Shown: piece after piece, positions 39,791-51,337 of the stretch
Numbering within the stretch: position 1 is the first letter of the stretch
Layout: each line of letters starts with the position of its first letter
NCBI GenBank assembly: GCA_028534125.1
Contig: CM052817.1
Location: forward strand, 84,074,001 to 84,138,000
Length of the DNA: 64,000 bases
From: Lama glama
Lineage: Eukaryota
Reading direction: 5' to 3'
Notes under the pieces: generated by a model
Told to the model about the DNA's origin: nothing
The model's input: only the letters and a program-made list of their open reading frames with translations
Databases searched by the model: none
Translations under genes and position numbers: made by a program

Positions 39791-40084
39791 ACTGCTTCAA
39801 CCGCAGCCTTTCTTCCTCTAAGCGCTTCAGGGAGGAAGAGAGCCTTTGGAATTTACATGGATTTTGAGAGGGGAGGTGGTTGAAGTGACAGATGGGAAGG
39901 CCAGCACAGCCAAGGTGGGATCACAGTGGTGTTCTAAAAGGATAGGACCTGGACTGCAGAGAGAACCGATGGGACTTTCTCACTGGATCAGGATCCAGAG
40001 ACCTCCGTGCTAGAGTCAGAGTTTTTGCTTTGGCTGTGATGAAGACCTGGTCAGTCACTCCAGTCTGCCACATTCCAGAAAACA

Positions 40085-40850
40085 GCTCACCATTCTCCCA
40101 GCCACTCAAACCTAAGCTAGGGGTCATCTGCAATTCATCTCTTTTTTTCTCTCCTCAAATCCTACTCATCAGCAAGTTCTGATTGTCCTCCTTTAAAATA
40201 CGTCTAGAATCTGAACCCTTCTATCCATCCCAATAACCACCACCCTCCTTGGCCCAAAGGTTCGTCTACTCTCTCTTTCCTGAGCTACTCTAACAGTTTC
40301 TCAATTAGCCTCCCTGCTTTCACTCCTGCTTTCCTAAAATCCCAACTTAAAGTCATCTTTCAAAAACATAGATCAGATTATGTCTTTCTCTCTCCTGTTT
40401 AATCTTCACCGACATCTTCCTACTGCATTTAGAATAAATCCCAGTCCCATAGAAGGGCACACAATGCCTTGTGTGAGCTGGAGCTTGTCCATTTCTCTAA
40501 ACTCATTTTGTATCCCCTAAGTACTTTCCCATCTCACAGCGAGCTTTGCACCTGCATTCTCTCTGCTGGCATCACCTCCTTCCTTAGATATTTAACATTA
40601 TCTCTTCAAAAAGGCGCCAAATAAGTACACCTCCACATGCACCTCACAAATACCCTACCACATCACCCTTTCAATTTTTTATGCAGCAATTATTCCAATC
40701 TATTATTACTTTATTAACAGGTTGGTTGTTCTTTTATCTCTTCCATTGGAGGGCTAGATCTCATCTGTCTAAATCCTCAGAGCCTTGCACAGTGTCTGAC
40801 AAATTAGGGTTCATTAAATATCTGATAAAGACATGCATGAAAGAATGCAT
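40085..40850 (+). mobile_element. L2 LINE 3' region
   Basis: aaacctaagctaggggtcatc, gcctccctgctttcactc, cagattatgtc, gccttgcacagtgtctgacaaattagggttcattaaatatctg. Confidence 0.8.
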
Positions 40851-40889
40851 CACAATGACTTATTAAAGTATTATTATGTTCTTAAGCTT

Positions 40890-41335
40890 AGGTGCATATA
40901 GGGGACACATTTTGGAGTGTCTGCTCAGCTCATAATAACCCTCTTAACTGGGTCCTCCAATTCAGAGAAAATGGCCCCCAGGACTATTGGTTGAACATGC
41001 CCTTATCTCCAGCCACAGTGAACTGGGTAGCTGACCCAGTCAGAGCCAACCAAAACTGCAACACTTGCAATTTGGAATTGGGACTTAGAGTAATATGGTT
41101 GGACTGCACTGTGTATCCTCAGGAGACCTGAGCAGTCATGAGTTCTGCTCTGGGGATCAGAGAAGGCTGGTGAGCAGAGAAAGAGAGAGGAGACAGTAGA
41201 TGCGCAAAGAGAAACTGTGACATGAGACACCAGGAGAGAGGATGACTTTCCAGGTCCTGATTCCAGTATCTTTTTGCTGCCCAGCTGAGCTCTGCCCTTG
41301 GGCTCAGGAAATATCAGCTGCCTGCCCTTCAACTG
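40890..41335 (+). mobile_element. Old MaLR/ERVL-type LTR (MLT1K/L or LTR33-like)
   Basis: ccagccacagtgaactgg...tgacccagtcagagccaacca; gtcctgattccag...gctctgcccttggg. Family tentative. Confidence 0.5.
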
Positions 41336-41349
41336 CTATCCCATGAGTG

Positions 41350-42450
41350 AAACCAGTGTAGTGGGGATACCTCAGTCAATTTAACAGCTCATGAAAACAA
41401 ATTTGCCATTAACATGTTGGTTGTGCTTTAGCACATGCTGCTCTGTGCCATTTTCACCTCATACGAATGATAGATGAATTGCTTTTCAGCTAGAAACTCT
41501 GTGTAAGTGAGAAGGTTTCTAGAGGAAGCAAATGGAGAAAAAACAGTGAAAGCCCAACATCTTTGTGGCATCCCTCGTAAGGAGAGAGTCAGGCAACGTC
41601 TGAAAGACGGAGGTGTGAATGATGAGAAAGCAAGTGCTGAAGCAAACAACAGGGAGCTCTGTGGGCTCAGACACAATGAGCAGGGCTGCTGGGGACTTGG
41701 GAACTTGTAGGATATAAAATCCCTGGTTCCAAGATATGAGTTTAGAAGCAGCAGAGTGAATCTCCTCAGGTGATGGATCATGATGCTGAAATCAATCATC
41801 ACAATGGAAGACAAAGTCAGCAAAAATGAAATATTCCCTTGGAACCAGGGGTTTAAAGTATAGTAGGTTGTTCCTCTGTTGATAGCAATCAATACCAACT
41901 CAGTTTAACAGCACACAAGGCCCTGTTGGCCCGACCTTATTACACCTGATACTAACGATGGACTAAAGTCCAATGGTCATGGGTGGCAGTTTAAGATTCC
42001 TACAATCACAACCAATTCAAAAGCCCTCTATCAGCAAAGGCGTGGAGGAGAAATACGTTGGCATCTCAGCAATGCAACCAGCTGTAAAGTCTCTCTCGAT
42101 GAGTTCACCTACATGTGAACTTCAAAAGCCCAGCAGGAGCTATTTTTATTTGAAGATTATTAGGCATGAGCTGCACAGAGGAATTGCCTCTGAAAACGAT
42201 GCCCCTAACTAGGTACTCCTGCAGTAAACCCCAGCGCACAGGGCTCTCCAGAGTAATTTTCATTCTTATGAGAGTCAGCATCTTGGCTTGGAGTGCCGTT
42301 TCCTCTATGGTGTGTATCTGGACAGGATGGGGAAGAAAGTGAACTCCAGGGACACGTGAGAGTTGAACGTTGGTTACCTTTGTACAGATCAACAGACCAT
42401 CTGCTACTTCCACTACTAACACTTTTTAAACCTGAGGTGAGACTAATAGA
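41350..42450 (+). mobile_element. Ancient non-LTR retrotransposon RT fossil, R4/Dong clade (Mam_R4-like)
   Basis: Colinear decayed motifs NLPLTC (41400), EQGC (41678), DIKSLVP (41711), EIFPWNQGFK..VVPLLIAIN (41828), LIT...NDGLK (41936-41968), KYVGI (42051), YFYLKIIRHEL (42141), MPLTRYS (42199), LDRMGKK (42318), VERWLPLYRS (42362). Confidence 0.65.
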
Positions 42451-42719
42451 CACAGTTCACATCTGCTTAAAAGGACATATGTAAAAAATCCCGGGACTCT
42501 TTGACCCAGGGAAAGCACTGCATCTGTGATTGCATTCCGGCCCTGCTGGACAGCCACAAGACTTGGCTGGAGGCAGTCTCTTTCCCAAAAGAGAGAGGTT
42601 ATAAGACCTGGAGCAGTGTTTCCCAAACTGAGCTCAACAGGGTGTTAGTATGGGTGAGGAGACAAAAGGATTACATGGGCAATGTTTGTGAGATACTGAA
42701 TTAAACAAGTTAAATTAAG

Positions 42720-44480
42720 ATTTAGAATGTATGCATATAACATTCACGCATAACAAAAAATATAAATAAAACATATATAGGTATAAAGAGCAATACAAAC
42801 CCATCTTAATAAATACAACATTACCAATCCCATCAATCCAGCTGGGTACCCCTTTTCTGACTGTTCTCCTCTCTCCCCAGGGAACCAGTTTTCTGAATTT
42901 TGTGTTTGAGTTTTGCTTTTCATAATGGTTCAATTATATGTGTATATATCCTTAAATAATATATTTTAAATTTTTATATGGTTTTGAATTATCTTTATAT
43001 CAATAACATGCTGTAGATATTCTTCTGAGATTTGCTCTTCATTCAACTCTGTGTTCCTGGTCTTTATATGCATTGATATGTACAATGTAGTCCATTTTCA
43101 TTGTTATTATTCATTCCATGGATATATCACAATTTATTTACTATTTTTTTGTATTTTAAATTATTTATTTAGGATTAATTTCTAAAAATGAAATTTAGAA
43201 GTCAAAGGGGAATGTATGTTTTTTTCTATTACTCTTTATTCCAGTTTTATTATGTAGAATTATTACAGTTCAACTGCACATACACATTATATTGCATGTA
43301 AATACATATAAACAGTATTCTGCACATTTTTCAGTTTTCATATATGTACTAATTATTGTTTCTAAGAACGGATTAGAGCTTTAGCTTTTTAAACTTACAT
43401 AGTTATCAAAGGAATAAAGCCAACTACAAAATAAGAGACAACAGAATGCGGTAATCCAATCATAAAGGACAGTCAAATGTGCTTACACATTCAAGAAATC
43501 AAAATAATAATTAGTTCATTTGTGTCATTATTATTGTTATTATTTTTTAGATTCTTCATGTAAATGATGTCATATGGTTTTTTTCTTTCTCTTTCTGGCC
43601 TACTTCACTTTGAATGACAGTCTTCAGTTCCATCCATTTTACTGGAAATGGCATTATTTTATTCTTTTTTATGGCTGGGTAGTATTCCATTGTATATATG
43701 TACCACATCTTCTTTATCCAGTCATCTGTTGATGGACATTTGGGTTGTTTCCATGTATTTACCATTTTTTTTATGGATAGCATGTTGCTTAACAGTGTTT
43801 TGCTATTACAAAAAGTGGAATTATGAACTTTCTTGTACATGTTTCCTGGGGCACATGTGCAAGAATGTCCCTAGAGTACATACCTAAGAGTAGAAGTTCT
43901 GGTTGTGAGGGTTGGCACATCTTCGACTTTGTAGGATAAACCAAGTTTCCTTCCAAAGTGATGGTTGCAGTTTTTATTCACTCCAGCAGGCTTTAAGAGT
44001 TTGTTGTTCTGTATCCTCATCAACATATTGTCATGTCAGACAAACTTTTTAGCCCATCTCATTGTGATTATGATTCTCATTTCTCTTATTATTTGTGAAA
44101 TCAGTCATCTTTTCATATATCTTATTGGTCATTTGAGTTTCGTCTTTTGTAAATGCTGTCCATGTTCTTGCCCAGTTTCTGATTATGTTATTTGTCTTTT
44201 CCTTATTGATTTGTGGGAGTAGGAGTTCTATTTGCATTCTTCATTGGAATTCTTAAGTTATATGTTTGTAAATTTCTTCTCCCAAATTATGATTTGAGTT
44301 TTCTCTTTCTTAGTGGTGTCCTTTCATGAAGAAAAGTTTTACATTTTAATATAGGTGGATTTATCAATCTTCTGTTATAGTTGTGCTTTTGGGGTCTGAT
44401 TTAATATTTCTATCCCCAGAGGTTATAAAGATGTTGTCCTGGATATTCTAAAATTTTGCTTTTCACATTTAAATCTCTAA
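42720..44480 (-). mobile_element. Old L1ME-like 3' fragment, interrupted at 43151-43755
   Basis: Antisense L1 3'UTR/ORF2 text (ttttctgaattttgtg, ttcttgtacatgtttcctggggcacatgtgcaaga, gtgtcctttcatgaagaaaagtttt). Confidence 0.85.
43151..43755 (-). mobile_element. Young 5'-truncated L1 with foreign 3' tail and 3' transduction
   Basis: 43513-43755 encodes TWKQPKCPSTDDWIKKMWYIYTMEYY. TSD tatttactattttttt (43135-43150) / tatttaccattttttt (43756-43771). Confidence 0.85.
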
Positions 44481-45398
44481 TCTCTGGTTTTTGTTTTTGT
44501 TTTCTTTTTTTTCCTGAATAGATTTCTTTGCCTCAGGACTTCTCTCAGTTGTTAATATGCATTGTGGGCTTCCCTGAAGGGAGGCAGTTTGCAGCATTTC
44601 CCTGTTGTAATCTGGCCTTGGATTTCTTTTTCAGAAGGCTCTCCAGGGATGCCTTGAAACATACTTTAAGAACCATTGCTCTGTAGAGTAGAAAAAAAAA
44701 AGGAAGCCCACTTTCTACCTACATTCTTGACCAATTCTGGGACCCTGGATCGATGGCTGGGTCACTTTGTGATTTGTTTTTCATATTTTGAAAATAAAGA
44801 CCTTATTACCTCAGCTAAAATATAAGAGACAATAAACGAATTCATAGGTATCAAGAACACTAGCTAGGGTGAAAATATTAATGTTAAAAAGGATAAAAAT
44901 CATTACTGTCTGACTATACTCCGTCCCTCTCTTCATCCCATGCCTCTCACTGGGGACAGGAGTGTGGTATGAAAGATTCCGCCTGCTGGATTCTCCTCTG
45001 AGCTTTTCTGTGGTGAATCTGGGGGATGGCTGGGTGGTGGGAAGACAAGGAAGCTAAAGTGATGAGTGTGATGAAGATACTGAGGAGAAGGGGTTAGAGA
45101 TGAGACAGACACAGACAAGTCTTGATTCTTGGCTGTTGGGGAGATGTCAGGGGCAGAGTTGAGAGTGAGGAGTTTAAAAAGCAAGAGGCTCAAAAATAAC
45201 CATAGAGTATAAGAGAATTTGAAAGGCATGATGAGGGGGACTCTACAAAACAGTGCTGTGAGTAGTAAATTAGATCTCTTTCAATGCCTGTGAAGAGATA
45301 CAAGTATATATCAGAGTAACTTAACTTGCAGTTGTTGGATTTCTTTTTGTTTCTTTCACTGCAATGCCACAGCATGGCTGACTAATTGGGCGTCCCAG

Positions 45399-45418
45399 AT
45401 ATATATATATATATATAT
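45399..45418. repeat. (AT)n microsatellite
   Basis: Directly visible. Confidence 0.95.
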
Positions 45419-45419
45419 G

Positions 45420-45592
45420 AGGTTTTTACTCATGTGATTTCATTTGATCATAACAATAATCCAGTGAGATAGGTAGGAAAAACATTATTTATCTCCATTT
45501 AATCTCTGAGAATACTGACTCAGAGACATGAAGTAACTCTCTAAGGATACAGTTGGAGAGTGATTAGACAGGATTCAAATCCAGGACTGAAA
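45420..45592 (-). mobile_element. MIR SINE
   Basis: tttcatttgatcataacaataatccagtgagataggtagg...ctgactcagaga...caggattcaaatccagg. Confidence 0.8.
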
Positions 45593-47019
45593 AATGTAGC
45601 ATCTCTGTCTTCTCACCATCCTATGTGCATGTAGGGAAGATTAACATATGTATGCTCTTTGAAAAACTAATTTGTGCAAATGTTAACCACCTCCAAATAA
45701 AAATGGCTATTTTCTATTACTGGGTTTTGTGATCATAAATTCTTAAGAAATGCTACTCAGAGGTTACTGGCAAGTACTGGCAGCTTATGTAATTTTGTGA
45801 GATAATTTTGTTTAACTCAGTGTTTCTCAAGTTTAACTCACACAAAGATGACTTTACTTTTTAAATAAGGGGATCTTTCTATTAGTAACAGGAGTACTGT
45901 ATCCATAAATTCATAAGCATGTAGTTCAAATTTTTCTCTATGTGCCTGAGAAAATAATGGCAGAACAGCAATGGAAGAGGTAGCTTCAAATTTGTGTTCA
46001 ACAAGATTAAAAAGTTAACCATCTCTAGGGAAATAAGCCCCCTAACAATTCAATGAACTAGGACCAGCGCCCTCATTTGCTCAGGAATGTATTTAACACC
46101 ATGGTTGAGTGGATCTCACTTTTCCATTTCACAAAATCCATATGTGCACTAATGTGTACTCTCAGGTGGCTTAAAAGGGGACATCTTAAAACTGGAAATG
46201 AATATAACTATTTCTTGACATTACAAGGGTGATAGTCAAAATATTTCAGGTGTGGGAAATATTTCAAGAAATTACTATTTTATTAACAAAGTCTCTCCAA
46301 CTACTACTCCTAGCAATTAATTTTCACTGGTTTCAGCTGAAGTTAATAGCGTCCCCATTTTTTCCACTACTGAGTTTTTTTCTTCACTAATGCACTGGGA
46401 GTCCATTTCCTATAGTAGCCCCATCTTGGCTGCAGTGTGCAGTCATTCTGTGCATCATTTCCTCTGATGAATGGAGCAAACCTGTGAGCATGTGCCCCAC
46501 TACAAAATCTGTAAAGTCAGATCTGGGGCCCCATTATGATAGCAACAAATGTGATCAACAGTTTGTTTTAATGAGGGTGTGGGTATTCAATAAATTATTG
46601 ATTTTTCTCAGCATCTTACTAAAATGCTCTGGAATGTGAAAAAAAAAATCCTCTACTCATATAAGGCAGTATTGATTAAGTATGAATTCATACATTGGGA
46701 TTCTGGATGCTTTGTTATCTCAGGGCCAGTGTATAACACCTGATTAATATTGATTGCACTGTGGTCATCAGCGAATTCTCAAGGCATCATTTTAAGTCAA
46801 GGAAGAATGAATTGTTTAGTGTGACCCTGAAATCACTTTGTAGCAGATCCAGAGAAAGTCAGGTTGTTGATGACTCAAGCCAAGTGGCCATGGATTTAAT
46901 TTGCTGAACTGGATTTAATTTGTTCCAATGATTTCAATGTTACAGTTATGCTTAGGAGATGTTCTCTGTTGATATTCTTTTACTTCATTTTTCATGCAAA
47001 TTTTTCCCTGCTCAGTATG

Positions 47020-47330
47020 TTCCTTCTCTTATTTTCTACATGGCAAACTTATACTCATCTTTCAGAACCCTATTCATAAGTCATCTCTGGGACCCTGTTC
47101 TTGATTCTCTTGGGAAGATTTTGTTCTCCTGGGCCCTCTCATCACCCTTTGTTGTACATAAATCTTCAATACAGAGGGATAAAAGTTAGTAATGATGTTT
47201 TATCTCTGCTCCCTACTAAACCATGAGCTTCTTTTGGACAGGGCTGTATATTGTCTCTTTCGATTTGTTTGCCTCACATAATCCTCAGTATCCAAGAAGA
47301 AGGTTCATAGCTGGCAATGTGTAAATACTT
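47020..47330 (+). mobile_element. L2 fragment
   Basis: ggcaaacttatactcatctttcagaacc; ctactaaaccatgagcttcttttggacagggctgtat. Confidence 0.6.
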
Positions 47331-47499
47331 GCTGCTGTTACACATTGGGTAGGTGTCTTTTTACAATATCAGAATCTGGAACTTCTGGTCCCACAGGATT
47401 TAAATGGGCTTTATACTGCCTTGGAGTTTCAGAGTCACAGGTATTGCTGAACCAGGTATCTTTATTTCTCCTACCACTACCACTACTTAAGGATTGCTT

Positions 47500-47690
47500 G
47501 CATGGGTTACACTGTGTTAAACACTTTAAAAACAAAATCTCATTAATTTCCCACTGTGGAGCAAGGTCATTGTTATGTTCTCCATTTTGGAGATAAAGAA
47601 AGTGAGGCTTAATACTTTTCCTAAGGTCATATCACTAGTAAATGGTGAATCAGGGAATCAAATCAAGGTCTCTCAGTTCAAAGCCCATGT
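47500..47690 (-). mobile_element. MIR SINE
   Basis: ctccattttggagataaagaaagtgaggctt...cctaaggtcatatcactagtaaatgg...ttcaaagcccatg. Confidence 0.8.
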
Positions 47691-48137
47691 GTGTAGTGTG
47701 ACTTGAGACATTCTGGTAAAGACACAGCCAAATCAGGAACCCAAAATTCCACCCTTAGAGATTAAGTTTTTTGAGTCTTTTAGGCTTTACAGGGGCAGTG
47801 GGAGTAAGAGGATGAAATATACCCAAACAGAGTGTCCTAATATACTGGAAATAGTTGGTGAACTGTAATGTTTTAAGTTCTTGTCAACTAATTTCTCAAC
47901 ATAGATCAGCTGACAATTAGAAAAAATGTTTTCCCTTTAGCAGTAGTTTACACGGGAAAGAACACAGAGAAGGAAGGCAGTGAGGGGCTAGAGAAGAAGA
48001 GAGTGACTGAAAGCAGAATAGAAGGTGCTAAAGACTAAAGGTGGGGGGTCCTTTTGGTTTTTATAAAGAATTTGACCGCCACTGAGGTAATGGTGAAAAT
48101 GAAAATGAAGGGGAAATGCAACATCCATCTAGAGCAC

Positions 48138-48610
48138 CGTATTAGTTTCCTCTTGCTGCTCTAATAATTTGTGATAATTTGCCTCAAACTTAGTGGTTTA
48201 AAGCAACAAAAATTTATCCTCTTATGATTCTGGAGATCCAAAGTCTGAAAGAGTCTCATGGGGCTAAATTCAAGGTGTCCGCAGAATTGAATTCCTTCTG
48301 GAGGCTCCAGAACCCATTTCCTTGCCTTTTCCATCTTTTAGAGGCCACCTGGTGTTCCTTAGCTTGTGGTCTCTTCCTCTATCCGCAAAGCCAGCAGCGT
48401 AAGTTCTAATCTCTCTGACTGACTCTGGCCCTCACGCTCCTGCTCCCTCTTTCACTTATAAGAACCTTTGTGATTACATTGGGCCACCTGGATAATACAG
48501 GATTATCTCCCCATCTCAAAATCTGTACCTTAGTCACATCCGCAAAGCCTCTTTTGCATGTAAGATTCCATATTTACAGGGTCTGTGGATTAGGAATTAG
48601 ACATCTTTGG
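48138..48610 (-). mobile_element. MLT1C/D MaLR LTR
   Basis: gtattagtttcctcttgctgct...aaacttagtggtttaaagcaac...gtgattacattgggccacctggataatacaggat...ggattaggaattagacatcttt. Confidence 0.9.
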
Positions 48611-49845
48611 TGTACAAGTGTGTTAGAGTGGAAATTAGAGGGGACTGAGCTCCAATCTTGGTGTGGCCACTGAGGAGTTATGTGTCTTGGGGCAAATCTC
48701 AGCTTCTCTGGGCCATTGCTTCCCAGGTGCCTTTACCTAAACGCTGGGAGGCATGGCTCTGGCTAATTAAAAGCCAGACCTATTTTACACACCTGCAAAT
48801 GATACCATAGCATTTATTGAAGGCCACTTTTGAGCACGTCATTAGTCCTTCTAATGGAGTTTCTGCAGGTTCTCAGCTGATTTCTGCTTACCATCCTACA
48901 TTTACTTACACCTTGCCTGCAGAGCGTGTAAGTTTTCAATTTCTCATTTTAAATAGGGGGTTCCAATTCTGTAGCATGGCCGATGCATTAAATATCCACA
49001 GCCAAATTGCTTAATGCCCAGGTTTTTTATCCCCTTCAAATTAAAGCTTTTAAAACACCCAGACTTCATGCTGGCTGAATGACACACACAGACTTTCTGC
49101 CGGCTCTCGGGGGCAGGCGATACTGGTTCCTGTCAAGTTCTAAATCTGGATGCTTTTTTACAGTGGAACAACTAAAAGGAATTGCTTCCTTAGGATATAT
49201 AACTACTACTTATTATAGACTGATCCATTTTGCAGCAGGGAGGTGGCAGGCGGGGGGCTGGAGGAACAAGAACCAATCTGAGACCTGAGAGAAAGTAACC
49301 TTCTAATTGCCTTTTCCATGACAGCATCATAAGCTTCTTTATGGCAGCTTTATTTCACAGTGACCTGCCACACTGCTCTAATTTTTCTGGTGTCACTCAT
49401 GCGGGTTTAAAAAATGATTGGTTTTACGGCTTTTATTTGGGAATTTGTCAAGGTTTCACATTTGTGGAAGCCTTGAAGCAGTGGCCTAATAGTCCATAAT
49501 TTGGTGTTTAAAGGGATCTTGGTGGGTAACCTTCTTGGGCCCACAGGTGCCTATAGTGTTCACATCCTTATGCCTAGCGGGGAAATCTCCATAATTTCTT
49601 TTATGCTACAGTAAACCTTTGCTGCCAGAAAACTCCATTCCAGGTTCCAGAGGACTCCTGGCATCCTGAGATGGGAGAAAACCCTTTCAAGCTTCATGAT
49701 CAGGTTGATATTTAAACCTAATTCCCATGAAATGTACTTCAGGTGTTAGTAAACCCAGACTCGGGTCAGCGTATTTTGGCCATCCAGATTTACGCACTCT
49801 TTTTTATGACTCACAGTCTGGAAATGAAAAGCACTGGACTCTGAG

Positions 49846-49955
49846 CCGCCCCTGGCCCCTTATCCCTCTTCTCTCCCTGTCACCCCTCCCTCCCCCCACC
49901 TCCTCCCCTTCCTCTCCCTTTCCCCCCCTCTCCCTCTCTCTCTTTCTCCTTCCTT
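49846..49955. repeat. C-rich polypyrimidine tract (low complexity)
   Basis: Nearly pure C/T with many C3-C7 runs. Confidence 0.9.
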
Positions 49956-50149
49956 AGGATCTCAAAACCCCTAACAGATGTTTTTAAAAGCCTCACTTTT
50001 GAGGACTGTTTTGGCCTCCTGCCACTGTGTGTACTTTTAGGTTTAATGAAAATTGGTGCCTCCCAAGCTCTCCTCCTGAGGGGGAAAGCAGCTAGTCTCT
50101 AGTGAACTTGCTTGTTCTTGCTCAGAAAGAACAAACGGAGCTGGTGAGG

Positions 50150-50908
50150 TTGTGTGTAAACATGCACACACACACACACCTGCTTGGTCCCTGGCTCCTT
50201 TTTCTTGCGTCTGCCTGGGTGCCACAGTTTGGTGCAGCCCTGCTGGTGTTGATCCCAGTTGGCGTTTGTCCCCCTCCCGTCCGCCTCAGCATAGCTGGTG
50301 CTCATTTGAGCAGCAGGCGATTTTTCTGAAGTGACCTCCGCGGGGCGGGAGATTTATGGTGGCGTGAGCTTTCATTATGTGTCGAGGCTGACTCGTGAGC
50401 TCACTGCGTCGCTGTCAGAGGAAGAGCAGAACGCTTCCCAGAATAAGCCTCCGGTATTATCTTTGAACATATGTTCTTGATTAAATGAGAAGAGGAAAGT
50501 CTCTTCGTTTTTCCCATTTGGAGGTTAAAGTGGAGGGTTTGTCTAAAAACAGATTGCAGTAAATTGTGGGTTTATTTGAAGAGTATGTCAACATTATTTA
50601 CTCGTGGAAAAATAATCTCAAATTGATAGATTTCTTTTAATTACCTCATCTTGAAAGCTGCTCTCAACAAACAGCAAATATTTCAGAAGCCATTTGGATA
50701 AGTCTGGAAATGTTGAATTACTGGAAACCTGCCGAGAATAATACCTTTGAAAACGTTTCCGTAGTTCTGAGTATAAGGAAACTTGATTAGGAAACAGCTT
50801 GTCTCTGAGCAAGCTGGGTATTGCCTTCTGTGATCTTGCTGGCCTCCTTGTAAAAGATGGCTTGCAAGATTCTTGCCTAATGCTGCTCAAGCCACCCTGA
50901 AAAACAGG
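50150..50908 (+). promoter_or_regulatory. Candidate promoter / non-coding first exon
   Basis: The clearest CpG cluster in the window (50260-50455), GC box ggggcggg at 50342-50349, repeat-free context, possible donor CAG|gtactt at 50908/50909. Strand and gene unknown. Confidence 0.45.
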
Positions 50909-51320
50909 TACTTTTCTCAAGCTAGATGTTACGGCCCGTCACTCAGACCACAGTGGCCTTGTTGTACCCCGCTATGATAATATCTTCCTCTTGGGTTCTG
51001 TCCAGCAAACACAAAAGCTAAATGAGAGAATGTTCAGTAATTGAGTGAGTTCTGGGCAAGTCCAAAGAGCTCTTCTATCAAATTTAGGCCAAAGCATATT
51101 TTACCAGTGTCATTTGACTTCATTGCTTGGTACTGACTAGATGAAAAGATGATCTGATGCACACAGCCATTCCCAGAGCCCAAACCTATTTGGAGGGTGA
51201 GGGAGGAACTGAGGGGAGGAGGACAAGGAGACTCCTATGCAAGCTGCTCATAAACATATACAGCCCTAGGCTCATGCCCTTTGGCGGCTTCCTTTTGAAA
51301 ACTGCTTACGATATTTGCTT

Positions 51321-51337
51321 TGTGTGTGTGTGTGTGT
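51321..51337. repeat. (TG)n microsatellite
   Basis: Directly visible. Confidence 0.9.

Larger units (their letters stand above)
42614..44678. mobile_element. MER112-like hAT MITE split by L1 insertions
   Basis: Left arm cagtgtttcccaaactg...ctgaattaaacaagttaaa (to ~42714). Right arm gatttctttgcctcaggacttctc...gcagcatttccc...catactttaagaaccattg (from ~44515). Confidence 0.7.

Noticed and set aside
41428..41898. 156-aa minus-strand ORF
   Set aside because: It lies antisense to the R4-like RT fossil and shows no recognisable protein similarity.
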